DNA of 64,000 nt from Patescibacteria group bacterium (GCA_041665365.1 JBAYIY010000002.1:66178-130177); one strand, 5' to 3'; counted from the first letter of the stretch, positions 18,202-29,701 are shown. The notes: a model not told the origin generated them from the sequence alone. Translations and numbers: made by a program.

Positions 18202-19545
18202 ATGGAGCAACTCCCCCCACATAATCTAGAAGCCGAACAAGCCTGTTTAGGCTCATTAATGATCGATAAAGATGCCATTATTAAGGTGGCTGATATTGTG
18301 GCACCAGACGATTTTTATAGTGATAAACACCGGCTTATCTATCAGGCCATGCAAGATATTTATTCCCAGCATGATCCGATGGATATTGTTAGTATTACCA
18401 ATCGCCTCACTGAAATGGGGAGTATTGAAGTGGTTGGTGGTAGAAGCTATTTAGTGTCTCTCACGGCGATGGTGCCATCGGCCGCTAATATTGTCAGTTA
18501 TGCTAACATCGTTCAGCGCAAAGCCACCTTGCGGCGATTGATTAAAGCCGCCCATCAGATTTTACAAACCGCTTATGATGATTCCACCGATGATGTGAGT
18601 AGCCAATTAGATAATTCTGAACAGGCGTTGTTTGCGGTATCACAAAAACATCTGCGGCAAAACTTCACCCCCATCAGTAGTATCTTAGCCGATGCTTTTG
18701 ATCGGATAGATGAAATCCATAAAGATTCAGGCAAGCTCCGGGGTATTCCCAGTGGCTATATCGATTTAGATAACAAGCTGGGTGGTTTACAAAAATCCGA
18801 TTTGATTATTTTAGCCGCTCGCCCATCGATGGGTAAAACCTCATTGGCGTTAGACATCGCTCGCCATGTGGCTGTTAATGAAAGAATCCCAGTGGGTATT
18901 TTTAGTTTGGAAATGAGTCGCGATCAATTAGTGGATCGGCTACTTTGTGCTCAAGCCGGTGTAGATTTATGGAAAATGCGCACCGGTAAACTATCCGATG
19001 CCCCCGGCCATGATGATTTTCCCAGAATCGGACAAGCGATGGGTGTCTTATCTGAAGCACCAATTTATATTGATGATAGTCCAATGAGTAATATTATGGA
19101 GATTCGCACCAAAGCCAGACGTCTACAAATGGAACATGGTTTAGGCTTGATTGTATTGGATTATTTGCAGTTAATGGAAGGGCGCTCATCCAATAGCGAT
19201 AATCGTGTGCAAGAAATTGCTGAAATCTCCCGCTCACTGAAAGGTTTAGCACGTGAGTTAGGGGTGCCGGTTTTGGCTTTATCTCAGTTATCTCGGGCGG
19301 TAGAAAACCAAACTGTTCCAATTCCAAAACTGGCTCATTTACGTGAATCTGGCTCTATCGAACAAGATGCCGATGTGGTAATATTTATTTACCGGGAAGA
19401 ATATTATAAGCAAGATACTGACCGTAAACACATTGCCGATGTGATTATAGCCAAACATCGTAATGGTCCCACCGGCAAAGTCGAATTATTCTTCGACATT
19501 GAAAAAGCCAGCTTTAAAAATTTAGAAAAAACATTTAACGACTAA
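18202..19545 (+). CDS. dnaB: Replicative DNA helicase DnaB
   Basis: The N-terminus HNLEAEQACLGSLM, a Walker A motif (ARPSMGKTSLAL) and RecA-like motifs are present. Confidence 0.9.
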   Translation: MEQLPPHNLEAEQACLGSLMIDKDAIIKVADIVAPDDFYSDKHRLIYQAMQDIYSQHDPMDIVSITNRLTEMGSIEVVGGRSYLVSLTAMVPSAANIVSYANIVQRKATLRRLIKAAHQILQTAYDDSTDDVSSQLDNSEQALFAVSQKHLRQNFTPISSILADAFDRIDEIHKDSGKLRGIPSGYIDLDNKLGGLQKSDLIILAARPSMGKTSLALDIARHVAVNERIPVGIFSLEMSRDQLVDRLLCAQAGVDLWKMRTGKLSDAPGHDDFPRIGQAMGVLSEAPIYIDDSPMSNIMEIRTKARRLQMEHGLGLIVLDYLQLMEGRSSNSDNRVQEIAEISRSLKGLARELGVPVLALSQLSRAVENQTVPIPKLAHLRESGSIEQDADVVIFIYREEYYKQDTDRKHIADVIIAKHRNGPTGKVELFFDIEKASFKNLEKTFND

Positions 19546-19559
19546 TATTTGCCACCACT

Positions 19560-19871
19560 ATGTCCATGCTCTCAAAGTTAAAACAATTTAAAGATCTGCG
19601 CAGCCAGGCTAAAACTATGCAACAAGCTTTAGCTCAAGAAACGGCTCATGGGAGTGGCGCTGGTGGTAAAGTAAATGTTGTCATGGATGGTACCCAAAAA
19701 ATCTTATCACTCGATATTGATTCAAGCTTACTCACCGTCACGGAGAAAAAGAAACTGGAACAAGGTGTGATTGATGCCATTAGTGGTGCCAGTAAAGATC
19801 TCCAAAAGTCTATGGCCAAAAAAATCCAGAGTGGTGAAATGACGATGCCGGATTTATCCAGCCTGAAGTAA
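19560..19871 (+). CDS. ybaB: Nucleoid-associated protein YbaB/EbfC
   Basis: 103 aa with the YbaB-type profile; sits in the conserved position between dnaB and recR. Confidence 0.8.
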   Translation: MSMLSKLKQFKDLRSQAKTMQQALAQETAHGSGAGGKVNVVMDGTQKILSLDIDSSLLTVTEKKKLEQGVIDAISGASKDLQKSMAKKIQSGEMTMPDLSSLK

Positions 19872-20476
19872 TGTCCAAATATCCCGCTACGATTGAGCAA
19901 TTAATTACAGCCTTTACTACTCTACCGGGAGTGGGACGAAAAACGGCTGAGCGCTACGTGGTATATTTACTAAAACAGCCACCGGCAGTGATTGGGCAAC
20001 TCTTGGCTAATCTGCAGGCAGCGAGCCGGTCGATTCGTTTATGTGAACGTTGTTTTAATTTTTCCAATCTTGCCCTGTGTGATATCTGTAAAAACCCACA
20101 ACGCAATCAAACTGTCGTATGTGTTGTGTCTGACGGGACATCAATTCAAGCCTTAGAACAGACTGGCGTCTATCATGGCACTTACCATATTTTAGGTGGT
20201 ACGGTTAATCAGTTAGAAGGCATTGGGCCAGATCAACTGCATGTGGCTGAACTAGTCGCTCGCATTCACACGCACGGTATCACTGAGGTGATTATTGCTT
20301 TAAATCCGGACATGACTGGTGAAGCCACTACCTTATATATCATTGATGCTCTCAAAGATAGCCCGGTCTCAATCAGCCGTTTAGCGCGAGGTTTAGCGAC
20401 TGGCAGCGACATTGAATACGCCGATGATGTCACACTGACGGCCGCACTGGTGGATCGGAAAATGATCCAACAATAA
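19871..20476 (+). CDS. recR: Recombination protein RecR
   Basis: Has an HhH (LPGVGRKTAERY), a C4 Zn finger (CERCFNFSNLALCDIC) and a Toprim domain. Confidence 0.9.
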   Translation: MSKYPATIEQLITAFTTLPGVGRKTAERYVVYLLKQPPAVIGQLLANLQAASRSIRLCERCFNFSNLALCDICKNPQRNQTVVCVVSDGTSIQALEQTGVYHGTYHILGGTVNQLEGIGPDQLHVAELVARIHTHGITEVIIALNPDMTGEATTLYIIDALKDSPVSISRLARGLATGSDIEYADDVTLTAALVDRKMIQQ

Positions 20477-20484
20477 AACAAAAT

Positions 20485-20528
20485 AACAAGAAGTGGACGA
20501 ATAATATTCGTCCACTTCTTGTTATTTT
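20485..20528. terminator. Bidirectional rho-independent terminator between recR (+) and rplU (-)
   Basis: Perfect 17-bp stem AACAAGAAGTGGACGAATA/TATTCGTCCACTTCTTGTT flanked by T-runs on both strands. Confidence 0.75.
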
Positions 20529-20541
20529 GTATAAATGTGTC

Positions 20542-20853
20542 TTATTTAATCTCCCCAATGGTGACCTGGGTTTGGTGTTGCCGGTGACCTTGATTGCGGC
20601 GATAGTGCACTTTCTGTTTGAACTTCACAATGCGAATTTTCTTCGCCCGATACTGTTTGGTAATGGTACCAGTCACTTTAGTGGTTAAGTTTGGTTTACC
20701 GATCTGGATGTTTTGACCATCCGTGTCTGCTACCAGCAACACCTGATCAAACACTACAGTGGAGCCAACCTCACCTGGAATCTTCTCTATTGTGATTACC
20801 TCTGCTGGGGAAACAACGAGTTGTTTACCACCGGTTTTAATAACTGCGATCAT
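20542..20853 (-). CDS. rplU: 50S ribosomal protein L21
   Basis: MIAVIKTGGKQLVVSPAEV... is the L21 signature. Confidence 0.9.
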   Translation of the reverse strand: MIAVIKTGGKQLVVSPAEVITIEKIPGEVGSTVVFDQVLLVADTDGQNIQIGKPNLTTKVTGTITKQYRAKKIRIVKFKQKVHYRRNQGHRQHQTQVTIGEIK

Positions 20854-20876
20854 AGGGCTGTATAGTACGTAACTGA

Positions 20877-21290
20877 TTAAGATTCGTCAAGGGCTACCTT
20901 ATCCCCTATTTTAATGCCATCCCGCGCCACTGTTCCGGCCGGTACTTCTAACACCATATTTACCAGATCTGGGGATTTAAACCGTAAGGTTATATCCGGC
21001 TGAGCCGTGACACTACCTATCACCTTACCATCATTTATCCAGATAATATCGATGGGGTATGCAACATCTTTCATCCAAAATACCTGCTCAGTTTCCTGTG
21101 GAAAAATAAAGATCATACCCTGATCAGGTTCTAAATGTGCTATATCCCCCAAACCTGTAGCTTGTTCAAACAGTGAGTCGGCTACCCAAACAGAGTAAAC
21201 ATGATTACTCACTTTTACATGTGTTTTTGATTGAACACAGCCAGATAATACTAAACTAACGCTGAGACTGAGTAGTATGTAACGAAGCAT
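20877..21290 (-). CDS. DUF192 domain secreted protein
   Basis: Signal peptide plus the DUF192-type core (IDIIWINDGKVIG...). Confidence 0.6.
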   Translation of the reverse strand: MLRYILLSLSVSLVLSGCVQSKTHVKVSNHVYSVWVADSLFEQATGLGDIAHLEPDQGMIFIFPQETEQVFWMKDVAYPIDIIWINDGKVIGSVTAQPDITLRFKSPDLVNMVLEVPAGTVARDGIKIGDKVALDES

Positions 21291-22332
21291 ACAGCACTAA
21301 ACTTAGTCCTAACACCAATAAGATTCCTAACATGATTATTTTTATCACACCACCAAATATCAGTGTACTTAAACCAAAAGCTAGTGTGATCGCATAATAA
21401 ACCAAGATAATCTGACCGGTTTTCCAGCCACGTTGCTGTAGTTGAAAGTGTAAATGAGATAAATCACCCTTGAACGGTGATTTATGTTCAATAACTACTC
21501 GTCTAATTATAACAGCTAGTAAATCAAGGAGTGGTAAACCTAAAATCAGTAAAGCCGTGGCTATTTTCCCACCTGATAATATCGCTAGAATACCCAGCAT
21601 GAAACCAATAAATAAAGCTCCGCCTTCACCTAAATAAAGTCGCGCCGGTGCTAGATTCCAAACCAAGAAACCCAAACAGGCACCGGCAAAAATGAAGGCC
21701 AAACTGGCAGTTTCGGGTTGCTGTACAGTAGTGCTTAAACAGAGCAAGCCAATTATAATACCGCCAATCGCCCCAATACCACTAACTAATCCATCCACCC
21801 CATCTAGCAACTTAGTGGTATACATCGTTAACATCAACCAAACTACAGTAAAAATATCTGCCCACACAGTGATTTGGTAAGGCAAACCATGATCAGTAAA
21901 TAATACCCATTGTATTTGCGTCAGAGATATAGTATTACCAAAGGGATTTGAAATATAGGCCACACCGATACCGCTACCAATTATCACCAAACAAGCCACC
22001 AACGGGAAAATTAATTGTTTCAGTGGTGATAAATTAAACACATCATCTAAACCTCCACCAATAATAATAATGCCACCGGCCAGCCAGATACCAGCTAAAT
22101 GTTTAGGCAATAAATAGCCTGAGGTTAAATCAATTAATTGTAATGCGGTGATAATAAAAAAAACTAACCAGATCGCCGTACCGCCTAATAGTGGCACACG
22201 TTTCTTAATATCTTTACGCTGCGGAGACAAATCTGGTCGATCGACAATTTTATAGTGTAAGGCAATTTTGCGTATCAAAAAACTCACCCCAGTTGCCGCA
22301 GCCACTGCCAGCAAACTAGACCAAACCATCAT
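21256..22332 (-). CDS. Glycosyltransferase family 4, MraY/WecA-like polyprenyl-phosphate sugar-1-phosphate transferase
   Basis: About 10 TM helices, with DRPDLSPQRKDIKKRVPLLGG and DDVFNLSP motifs characteristic of the MraY/WecA family. Confidence 0.7.
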   Translation of the reverse strand: MMVWSSLLAVAAATGVSFLIRKIALHYKIVDRPDLSPQRKDIKKRVPLLGGTAIWLVFFIITALQLIDLTSGYLLPKHLAGIWLAGGIIIIGGGLDDVFNLSPLKQLIFPLVACLVIIGSGIGVAYISNPFGNTISLTQIQWVLFTDHGLPYQITVWADIFTVVWLMLTMYTTKLLDGVDGLVSGIGAIGGIIIGLLCLSTTVQQPETASLAFIFAGACLGFLVWNLAPARLYLGEGGALFIGFMLGILAILSGGKIATALLILGLPLLDLLAVIIRRVVIEHKSPFKGDLSHLHFQLQQRGWKTGQIILVYYAITLAFGLSTLIFGGVIKIIMLGILLVLGLSLVLYASLHTTQSQR

Positions 22333-22730
22333 ACTACCAAAGAATCTAAGTAATTTTGTAAAATGATCTGAGCCGCCACTTCATCTTGTTTGCCCGGTGG
22401 CACGGTTTGACCTGCCAGTAAGCGATCGGCCATAGCGGATGTATAACGCTCATCAAAAGTCTGCACCGGTACGCTGATATGATTACGTAATTTTTCTATA
22501 AACCGTTGTACTTCAATGGTCATCTCAGTCGCCTCGCCATGTAAATTTACCGGTAAGCCAACAATCACCCGATCAATATGATCCAAATTGACAATGGCTT
22601 TAATTTTCTCAATCACTTTATTTTGACTGAGACTTTTCAACACACCTTTGCCCACGGCCACTTTTGTGTCACTGTCACCCAGCGCCAAACCGACACGGGC
22701 TTTGCCATAATCTAAGGCTAAACATTTCAT
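22329..22730 (-). CDS. ruvX: Putative pre-16S rRNA nuclease / Holliday junction resolvase-like YqgF
   Basis: MKCLALDYGKARVGLALGD is the RuvX/YqgF N-terminus. Confidence 0.85.
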   Translation of the reverse strand: MKCLALDYGKARVGLALGDSDTKVAVGKGVLKSLSQNKVIEKIKAIVNLDHIDRVIVGLPVNLHGEATEMTIEVQRFIEKLRNHISVPVQTFDERYTSAMADRLLAGQTVPPGKQDEVAAQIILQNYLDSLVV

Positions 22731-22742
22731 AATTAGGTGAAA

Positions 22743-23492
22743 TTAAAACTTGGTTAGCACTTCACACCCAGTATCCGTTACCAAAAAAGTGTGCTCAAAG
22801 TGTGCACTTAGTGTACCATCTGTGGTCACCACACGCCAGCCATCGTCTTCAAAGATGACGTCTTCCTTACCAACGTTAACCATTGGTTCAACGGCAATGG
22901 CCATGCCCGGTTTTAAGATGGCACCTATATGCGCTTCACCATAGTTTGGTATGGCCGGATCCTCATGGAGATGCCGACCAATGCCATGGCCGACTAACTG
23001 TTTCACTACACTAAAGCCATGCTGCTCTACATAAGTTTGAATGGCATGACCAATATCCCCTATTTTATTACCCGGCTTTATTTGCGCCACGCCGATTTCA
23101 TATAAGGATGTTCGTGTCACGTCAATTAATTTTTGGGCTGTAGCAGAAATTTTACCAACCGGAATCGTCACCGCCGCATCGGAGTACATACCATGAACTA
23201 TCACACCAGCATCAATTGATAAAATATCTCCATCTAATAAGACACGGCCAGTTGGCGGACAATGCACCACCTCTTCATTGACGGACGTACATAAAATATT
23301 TTTATAACCATGATAACCCAAAAAAGCCGGTTTGGCTTTTTCTTTTTGAATTAAACGCTGGGCTAATTGTTCTATTTGCAGTAGGGTTACGCCCGGTTTA
23401 GTGAAAGCCACTAATTGCCGAAGAATATCCCCCAGTAATTTACCACTGGCGCGTAAATTAGTTTGCTCACCGGGCGTATGAATATGGATCAT
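22743..23492 (-). CDS. map: Methionine aminopeptidase type I. The start is probably the internal Met at 23492; the track gives 23519.
   Basis: Metal-binding residues are present, with HGIGRHLHEDPAIPNY. Confidence 0.85.
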   Translation of the reverse strand: MIHIHTPGEQTNLRASGKLLGDILRQLVAFTKPGVTLLQIEQLAQRLIQKEKAKPAFLGYHGYKNILCTSVNEEVVHCPPTGRVLLDGDILSIDAGVIVHGMYSDAAVTIPVGKISATAQKLIDVTRTSLYEIGVAQIKPGNKIGDIGHAIQTYVEQHGFSVVKQLVGHGIGRHLHEDPAIPNYGEAHIGAILKPGMAIAVEPMVNVGKEDVIFEDDGWRVVTTDGTLSAHFEHTFLVTDTGCEVLTKF

Positions 23493-24121
23493 GCAAAAAT
23501 GGCTTTGACTTCTTCCCAAACTGTTATTATCGTCTCTTCACCATGAACAGTATGGACAACACCCTGTGTCTGATAATGCTCCAACACCGGTTCAGTGTCT
23601 TGATGGTAAATTTCTAAACGCTTTTGTAAGGCCGCTTCTGTATCATCATCACGTTGTAACAAAGCTGACCCATCTTGATCACACAGTCCCATTTGTTTGG
23701 GTGGATTATGTTTAATGTGATAAACATGGCCAGCTGCTACACACGTGCGGCGTCCGGCGATTCGATCAATGGCGGAAGCATCAGATAAAGCAATATAGAT
23801 CAAATGTGTCACTGTGGTTATTTTATCCAAAGCCTCCGCTTGTATTAAGTTTCTCGGATAGCCATCTAAAATAAAACCAGCTTGGCAATCAGGTTTTTGT
23901 AAACGATCATTAATCACAGCCTTAGTGACATGATCAGGCACTAGTTTACCAGCCTTGATAAAGCTCTTAATCTCTTGCCCAATGACTGTATTATTTTTGA
24001 TATGTTCTCTAAATATATTGCCAGTCACAATAAACGGTAATCCCAAATGAACACTGAGGCGTTCACCTTGTGTCCCTTTACCAGAACCTTGTGGACCGAA
24101 CAATAAGATATTGCGCGCCAT
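23489..24121 (-). CDS. adk: Adenylate kinase. Start taken at MARNILLFGP; the track ORF extends to 24208.
   Basis: P-loop LLFGPQGSGKGTQ and a Zn-lid with Cys residues are present. Confidence 0.85.
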   Translation of the reverse strand: MARNILLFGPQGSGKGTQGERLSVHLGLPFIVTGNIFREHIKNNTVIGQEIKSFIKAGKLVPDHVTKAVINDRLQKPDCQAGFILDGYPRNLIQAEALDKITTVTHLIYIALSDASAIDRIAGRRTCVAAGHVYHIKHNPPKQMGLCDQDGSALLQRDDDTEAALQKRLEIYHQDTEPVLEHYQTQGVVHTVHGEETIITVWEEVKAIFA

Positions 24122-24131
24122 GGTTACACCC

Positions 24132-25406
24132 TTAAAAATATTCGTACTCACGAACTTTAATTTGCGCTTGCACTTGCTGCACTGTTTCCAGAGCGACCGA
24201 TACCACAATCAATAACGATGTGCCTCCAATTACGACGCTACTGGTTGAGCTGGAAGAAAAAGACTGCAACACCGTTGGCAAAACCGCAATCAGACCTAAA
24301 AATAAAGCACCAAATAAGACAATGCGATTTGAAATAAACTGTAAATACTCGGCGGTTGGTTTACCCGGACGCACACCTGGTATAAACGACCCTCGTTTTT
24401 GCAAATTTTCCGCAATTTGTTCCGGTTTGAACACTACGGCCGTATAAAAATAAGTAAAAATAAAGACAAAGGTGAAATATAGCACCGCATAAACGGTTTT
24501 ATTGTTAAAGGCATCAATTAAGAAATGACCAAAGGTCGCCACCCATGGAATTGATATAGTCACCAGATATTGCCCGATAATCGGTGGAATAAATACTAGA
24601 GAAACGGCAAAGATAATTGGAATTACACCAGCCTGATTCACGCGGAGTGGCAAATGCGTTTCTCGACCAGCTAAGCTTTGTCCATGCATTTGGCGCGCTG
24701 TTGCAATGGGAATATTACGCTGCCCTTGAGTCACAAACACAACCCCAAAGATAACTAACAAGGCGATGACAACGTATAAAATAATGCTGGGTAATTGCGC
24801 ACTGTCATAGGTGGCTAACAATTGTTGTATGGCCACGGGCAATTGCGCCACGATACCGGCAAAAATCATTATTGAAATACCATTACCAATATTCTTTTCG
24901 GTAATTAACTCCCCTAACCACATAGTAAAGATACTACCACCACAGATCAACACTACGGCCGTAACCATTTGCCAGGTAGATAACTGACCGATAATACCAC
25001 CGCCGGTACGTTGTAATAAACTAATGGTGCCATAACCTTGAATGATGGCCATGGGTACAGCTAAATAACGTGTCCATTGTTGAATTTGCCTTTGCCCATC
25101 AGTTTCTTTTTGCATCTCCTCAAACTTGGGCACAATCATGCCCAACAGTTGAAAAACAATCGAAGCAGAAATGAAAGGGCCGACCCCAAGCATTACCAGA
25201 GAAAAATTTTCAAGCGCACCACCAGAAAATACATTTAACAAACCAAGATACGCATTGCTACTAAAAAACGCCTTTAAGTTTGTAACGTCCACCCCAGGAA
25301 TTGGCACATGAGCGGCCAAACGAAAAATAACTAACAACCCTAACACATAGGCAATTTTTTTGCGCAAATCAGCATTACCGACAATTTTATTTACTGCTTG
25401 CCACAT
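24132..25406 (-). CDS. secY: Preprotein translocase subunit SecY
   Basis: 10 TM helices with a SecY-type profile; sits in the conserved position after L15. Confidence 0.9.
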   Translation of the reverse strand: MWQAVNKIVGNADLRKKIAYVLGLLVIFRLAAHVPIPGVDVTNLKAFFSSNAYLGLLNVFSGGALENFSLVMLGVGPFISASIVFQLLGMIVPKFEEMQKETDGQRQIQQWTRYLAVPMAIIQGYGTISLLQRTGGGIIGQLSTWQMVTAVVLICGGSIFTMWLGELITEKNIGNGISIMIFAGIVAQLPVAIQQLLATYDSAQLPSIILYVVIALLVIFGVVFVTQGQRNIPIATARQMHGQSLAGRETHLPLRVNQAGVIPIIFAVSLVFIPPIIGQYLVTISIPWVATFGHFLIDAFNNKTVYAVLYFTFVFIFTYFYTAVVFKPEQIAENLQKRGSFIPGVRPGKPTAEYLQFISNRIVLFGALFLGLIAVLPTVLQSFSSSSTSSVVIGGTSLLIVVSVALETVQQVQAQIKVREYEYF

Positions 25407-25804
25407 GGAATTGCTTTACCACCAGCCGCTTCTATTTTAGCTTTGGCAGACGCAGAAAAAGCACTGGCTTTAACAAGTAATGGTTTGGTAATTTCTCCAC
25501 TACCCAAAACTTTATTACCGCGCAATTCAATCGTCGTATTCGCGGAACATTTGCGCTCTAAATAGGCCAAGGTTACAGTCGTGAGACGTTCAGCATGGAA
25601 GCGTCGCGCTCCTCCACGTACTTTTGGAATAGCCTTCATTAAACTTCTTAAGCCACGCAATTTTAAACCACCTCTACTACCACTGCGTGATCTTTGTCCT
25701 TTCATGCCTCGGCCGGAAAATGTACCACGGCCAGAACCATTGCCACGGCCAATGCGCCGTTTGTGTTTTCTAGATTTAGGTTGAAGTGATGTAAGTGTCA
25801 ACAT
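25391..25804 (-). CDS. rplO: 50S ribosomal protein L15
   Basis: [21 protein letters not shown] is the L15 signature. Confidence 0.9.
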   Translation of the reverse strand: MLTLTSLQPKSRKHKRRIGRGNGSGRGTFSGRGMKGQRSRSGSRGGLKLRGLRSLMKAIPKVRGGARRFHAERLTTVTLAYLERKCSANTTIELRGNKVLGSGEITKPLLVKASAFSASAKAKIEAAGGKAIPCGKQ

Positions 25805-25808
25805 AACA

Positions 25809-26297
25809 TTATTTAATACGCTCAGCTCGAAGAGTTTTCAACGCTTCGATCACGGCATAAACATTATTAATTTTATTGCGCGAACCCATCATTTTACTAA
25901 CTACATTTGGTACACCAGCTGCTTCCAATACTACTCGCACTGCCCCGCCGGCAATCAAACCGCGCCCTTTTTGAGCTGGTTTTAATAACACCTTAGCGCT
26001 GGCAAATTTCATGAATACTGGATGTGGTATAGATTCATTGACAATTGGCACACGAATTAGGTGTTTACGTGCTTTCAGACCAGCTTTTTGCACTGCTCCT
26101 GTCACATCCTGACCTTTGGCTAAGCCCACTCCGACGACACCTTTTTTATTTCCTACCACGACACAAGCCCGAAAACGCATCCGTTTACCTCCGGCCATGA
26201 CGCGTGTTACCCGCGCCAAATCCACAGTGTATTGATCGTACTCATCTTTGGGTTGTTGACGTTTTGAATTGCGGTTTCCTTGTTTTGACATAGACAT
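25809..26297 (-). CDS. rpsE: 30S ribosomal protein S5
   Basis: S5-type dsRBD and C-terminal domain. It is immediately adjacent to rplO, so there is no L30 gene. Confidence 0.9.
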   Translation of the reverse strand: MSMSKQGNRNSKRQQPKDEYDQYTVDLARVTRVMAGGKRMRFRACVVVGNKKGVVGVGLAKGQDVTGAVQKAGLKARKHLIRVPIVNESIPHPVFMKFASAKVLLKPAQKGRGLIAGGAVRVVLEAAGVPNVVSKMMGSRNKINNVYAVIEALKTLRAERIK

Positions 26298-26650
26298 TAA
26301 AATTGTAATCCGGCTGCACGGGCAGCATCGGCTAAAGCTTTAACTCGACCATGATAAAGATAACTGGATCGGTCAAATACCACCTGATTGATACCTTGTT
26401 TTTTAGCTAATTCAGCTATTGTCGTACCAACCGCTGTCGCTCGTTCCGTTTTGGTGCCGGTTAATTTCTGATCTGATGTGGCCGCAATGGTTTTGCCAAT
26501 AATATCATTCACCAACTGACAACTGATATGCTGTAACGACCGACGCACTGATAAACGTGGTCGTTCGGCTGTACCGACAAGCTTAGCCCGAACCCGGTGT
26601 TGCCGACGTTGCCGGCGCGCTTGTTTAGATAAGAGAAGTTTTTTGTTCAT
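26297..26650 (-). CDS. rplR: 50S ribosomal protein L18
   Basis: L18 profile; conserved order. Confidence 0.85.
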   Translation of the reverse strand: MNKKLLLSKQARRQRRQHRVRAKLVGTAERPRLSVRRSLQHISCQLVNDIIGKTIAATSDQKLTGTKTERATAVGTTIAELAKKQGINQVVFDRSSYLYHGRVKALADAARAAGLQF

Positions 26651-26665
26651 ATAATGATTCTATAA

Positions 26666-27208
26666 TTACGCACTCGCGGCTTGTTTACCTTGCTTACGAA
26701 TAATAACTTCATCTGCATATTTTATACCTTTACCCTTATATGGTTCTGGTTTACGGACTTTACGCACCTCGGCGGCAAATTGCCCCAATAATTGTTTATC
26801 GTGTGAACTCAAGGTAATCAAATTTCTTTCCTGTTTAATGGCTACTCCTTCAGGAATATCCATCAAAACCACATGGGAATAACCAGCCTTGATTTGCAAT
26901 TGCTTACCCTTTACTTCAAAGCCGTAACCAACGCCATTTATTTCAAGTTGTTTAGCATAGTGAGTAACAACACCAACTATCATATTACTGATCAAGGCTC
27001 CGGTTGTACCCCACAGCGAACGCTGAAATTTCTCATCCGGCTGCTGCACAGAAACGTGCACGCCATCAGTTTCAACAGTCACTGTGACTAGTGGATGAAT
27101 TTTTTGCTGCAATTCACCTTTTGGCCCTTTAACTGTGACCAGGTGATCTACGACAGTGACGGTGACACCGGTAGGAATTGAAATGGGTTTATTGGCTTTA
27201 CGAGACAT
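26666..27208 (-). CDS. rplF: 50S ribosomal protein L6
   Basis: L6 profile; conserved order. Confidence 0.9.
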   Translation of the reverse strand: MSRKANKPISIPTGVTVTVVDHLVTVKGPKGELQQKIHPLVTVTVETDGVHVSVQQPDEKFQRSLWGTTGALISNMIVGVVTHYAKQLEINGVGYGFEVKGKQLQIKAGYSHVVLMDIPEGVAIKQERNLITLSSHDKQLLGQFAAEVRKVRKPEPYKGKGIKYADEVIIRKQGKQAASA

Positions 27209-27213
27209 AGGTG

Positions 27214-27606
27214 TTAATAAATTTCACAAATCACTTCTCCGCCCAAATTCTTTTGGCGCGCTTGTTTATTAGTCATCAAACCCTGTGAGGTAGAAATTAT
27301 GGCCAGACCGAAATTATTCTGAACATAAGGCAAAACTTTCTTTTGGGCATAAACCCGTCGACCCGGTTTACTAATCCGATTAACCGCCTGAATCGCAGAT
27401 TGACCATCCGGTAAATAACGCAAAGTCAACTCCAAATTAGGTCTTCCAGCCACCTGGATTGTAGCTAAATTCTCAATGTAATGCTCTTTTTTGAGAATTA
27501 AAGCTAACTTATTTTTTAGTTTAGAAAACGGTATCACAACAGTCGGTTTACGAACCGCGGCGGCGTTCCGAATTCTTGTAAGCATGTCAGCAATTGGGTC
27601 GGTCAT
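27214..27606 (-). CDS. rpsH: 30S ribosomal protein S8
   Basis: MTDPIADMLTRIRNA is the S8 N-terminus. Confidence 0.9.
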   Translation of the reverse strand: MTDPIADMLTRIRNAAAVRKPTVVIPFSKLKNKLALILKKEHYIENLATIQVAGRPNLELTLRYLPDGQSAIQAVNRISKPGRRVYAQKKVLPYVQNNFGLAIISTSQGLMTNKQARQKNLGGEVICEIY

Positions 27607-27630
27607 GGATGTGTATTACTTAATAAGTCT

Positions 27631-27816
27631 TTACCAGCTAGCGCGTTTAACTCCTGGAATTGCGCCTTGTTCAGCCAATTCCCGGAAGCAGATCCGGCAC
27701 AGTTTAAAATCTCTCATAAAACCATGGCGCCGTCCACATCGCCAACAACGATTCACTCGACGGGTGGAAAATTTTGGCTTGCGCCGTGCGCTGACTTCTT
27801 GTGAGGTTTTTGCCAT
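27631..27816 (-). CDS. rpsZ: 30S ribosomal protein S14, Zn-binding type Z
   Basis: 61 aa with CWRCGRRHG...CRIC. Confidence 0.9.
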   Translation of the reverse strand: MAKTSQEVSARRKPKFSTRRVNRCWRCGRRHGFMRDFKLCRICFRELAEQGAIPGVKRASW

Positions 27817-27820
27817 AGGA

Positions 27821-28360
27821 TTATTTCTTGAATGGTATACCTAATAATTCAAATAACTTCATACCTTGCTTCTGATTATCGGCTGTGGTCGTAATGGCCA
27901 CTTCTAGCCCATGCACATGCTCAACCCCATCAGATTTAATTTCCGGAAACACCAAATGTTCTTTTAAGCCAATATTCAAATTACCATCCTGATCAACCGC
28001 CGTACGTTTAATGCCTTGAAAGTCACGTACCCGGGGTAAACTAACATTAATTAACTTATCGACAAATTCGTACATCCGATCCTTGCGCAGAGTGACCATG
28101 GCACCAATCACCATACCTTGGCGCAATTTGAAGTTTGAAATTGATTTTTTGGCTTTAGTCAAAATCGGTTTCTGTCCGGAAATACGTGTCAGAGTATGAC
28201 TAACGGCATCAATTATTTTTTTGTCACCATTGGCCTTTCCAAAGCCAACATTAATAGTTACTTTGGTCAGTTTTGGTACGGCATTTTTATTCTTCAAATC
28301 GAAGCTAGCCATGAGGCTGGGAATTATTTGATCTTTATAGCGTTGTTCTAGTCGTGTCAT
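27821..28360 (-). CDS. rplE: 50S ribosomal protein L5
   Basis: L5 profile. Confidence 0.9.
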   Translation of the reverse strand: MTRLEQRYKDQIIPSLMASFDLKNKNAVPKLTKVTINVGFGKANGDKKIIDAVSHTLTRISGQKPILTKAKKSISNFKLRQGMVIGAMVTLRKDRMYEFVDKLINVSLPRVRDFQGIKRTAVDQDGNLNIGLKEHLVFPEIKSDGVEHVHGLEVAITTTADNQKQGMKLFELLGIPFKK

Positions 28361-28368
28361 ATATATAT

Positions 28369-28680
28369 TTACAATACCTCTTTACATTTACTACAAATGC
28401 GTTGTTTTTTACCATCAGTTAATACTTTCATGCCCACTCTGGTGACTTTATTACATTTACTACACACCAGCTGCACATTAGCCAGTTGCATTGGCGCAGA
28501 AAATTCAATCCGTTGCCCCTTCTCTCCCCGCTTGGTTGGCTTCATGTGTTTTTTCAATATGTGCAAACCTTCCACCACCACTTTATGGTCTTGCAATAAT
28601 ACCTGAACCACTTTACCGGTTTTACCGGAATCTTTGCCCTTCATTACTTTAACCATGTCTCCTTGTTTAATTTTCATCAT
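28369..28680 (-). CDS. rplX: 50S ribosomal protein L24 with a C-terminal CxxC...CxxC zinc ribbon
   Basis: KOW motif ([22 protein letters not shown]) plus CSKCNKV...CSKCKEV. Confidence 0.9.
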   Translation of the reverse strand: MMKIKQGDMVKVMKGKDSGKTGKVVQVLLQDHKVVVEGLHILKKHMKPTKRGEKGQRIEFSAPMQLANVQLVCSKCNKVTRVGMKVLTDGKKQRICSKCKEVL

Positions 28681-29048
28681 AAAACTTCTGGTGCCAATGA
28701 GGCTATTTTGGTAAATCCTTTAAGCTTGATTTCGCGCGGTATCGGTCCAAAAATACGAGTACCAATCGGTTCTTTTGATTTCTTATCAATCATCACACAG
28801 GAATTATCATCAAATCTGATATAGCTGCCATCTTTACGCCGAATTTCTTTTCTGGTGCGCACGATCACAGCATGACCAATCGTTCCCTTTTTCATCTGGG
28901 TATGTGGATGGGCTTCTTTAATAGATACAGTGATAATGTCGCCAATGTGCCCATAACGTTTTTGATAACCGCCGTGTACCATAATACAACTGACTACCTT
29001 GGCTCCACTATTATCGGCAACTGATAAATAACTACGTAATTGAATCAT
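28677..29048 (-). CDS. rplN: 50S ribosomal protein L14
   Basis: [17 protein letters not shown] is the L14 signature. Confidence 0.9.
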   Translation of the reverse strand: MIQLRSYLSVADNSGAKVVSCIMVHGGYQKRYGHIGDIITVSIKEAHPHTQMKKGTIGHAVIVRTRKEIRRKDGSYIRFDDNSCVMIDKKSKEPIGTRIFGPIPREIKLKGFTKIASLAPEVL

Positions 29049-29293
29049 ATATTTTTCTTATACACTACCCGCCACTTTTTGGTCTTACTAATCGGACGGC
29101 ACTCAACAAATTCAACTGTGTCTCCAACTTCATATTGTTCACGCTCATCATGGACATGAAATTTACTACTCATCGTAAATCGTTTTTTGTAAATGGGATG
29201 AAACCGTAAGCGATCAACTTTAACCACGACAGTTTTCGACTGTTTATTAGACACCACCACTCCTTGAAAATGCCGATGGACTGTTTGTTTCAT
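29045..29293 (-). CDS. rpsQ: 30S ribosomal protein S17
   Basis: S17 profile. It overlaps the rplP stop by 4 nt, so there is no L29 gene between them. Confidence 0.9.
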   Translation of the reverse strand: MKQTVHRHFQGVVVSNKQSKTVVVKVDRLRFHPIYKKRFTMSSKFHVHDEREQYEVGDTVEFVECRPISKTKKWRVVYKKNI

Positions 29294-29697
29294 ACGCGAG
29301 TTAATAATTTAGTTCTCACTGGTAATTTATGGGCAGCTAAACGTAGAGCTTCTTTGGCGTCTTTTTCTATTACTCCGCCGATCTCGAATAATACAGTACC
29401 AGGCTTAACTTCGGCAATGAAGTGATCGACCGCTCCCTTACCACCACCCATCCGGATTTCTCCACCTTTCAGCGTCACTGGGCTATGCGGAAAGATACGG
29501 ATCCAGATTTTTCCACCGCGCTGGACAAAACGTGTCATGGCGCGACGCGATGATTCAATTTGGCGAGCCGTAATCCAGGCACCTTCTAATGCTTTTAAAC
29601 CGTAATCGCCAAAATTAAGGACAGTTTTCTGGGTAGCTTGCCCGCGCACCTGCGCGCGATGCCATTTACGATGTTTTATCTTGCGTGGAGTTAACAT
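29290..29697 (-). CDS. rplP: 50S ribosomal protein L16
   Basis: L16 profile. Confidence 0.9.
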   Translation of the reverse strand: MLTPRKIKHRKWHRAQVRGQATQKTVLNFGDYGLKALEGAWITARQIESSRRAMTRFVQRGGKIWIRIFPHSPVTLKGGEIRMGGGKGAVDHFIAEVKPGTVLFEIGGVIEKDAKEALRLAAHKLPVRTKLLTRV

Positions 29698-29701
29698 AAT
29701 A

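Noticed and set aside
27491-27844. Antisense ORFs inside the ribosomal protein operons, for example 27491..27844 (+), 30809..31060 (+) and 33849..34154 (+)
   Set aside because: They lie opposite highly conserved ribosomal-protein genes and have no motifs. They are typical shadow ORFs.
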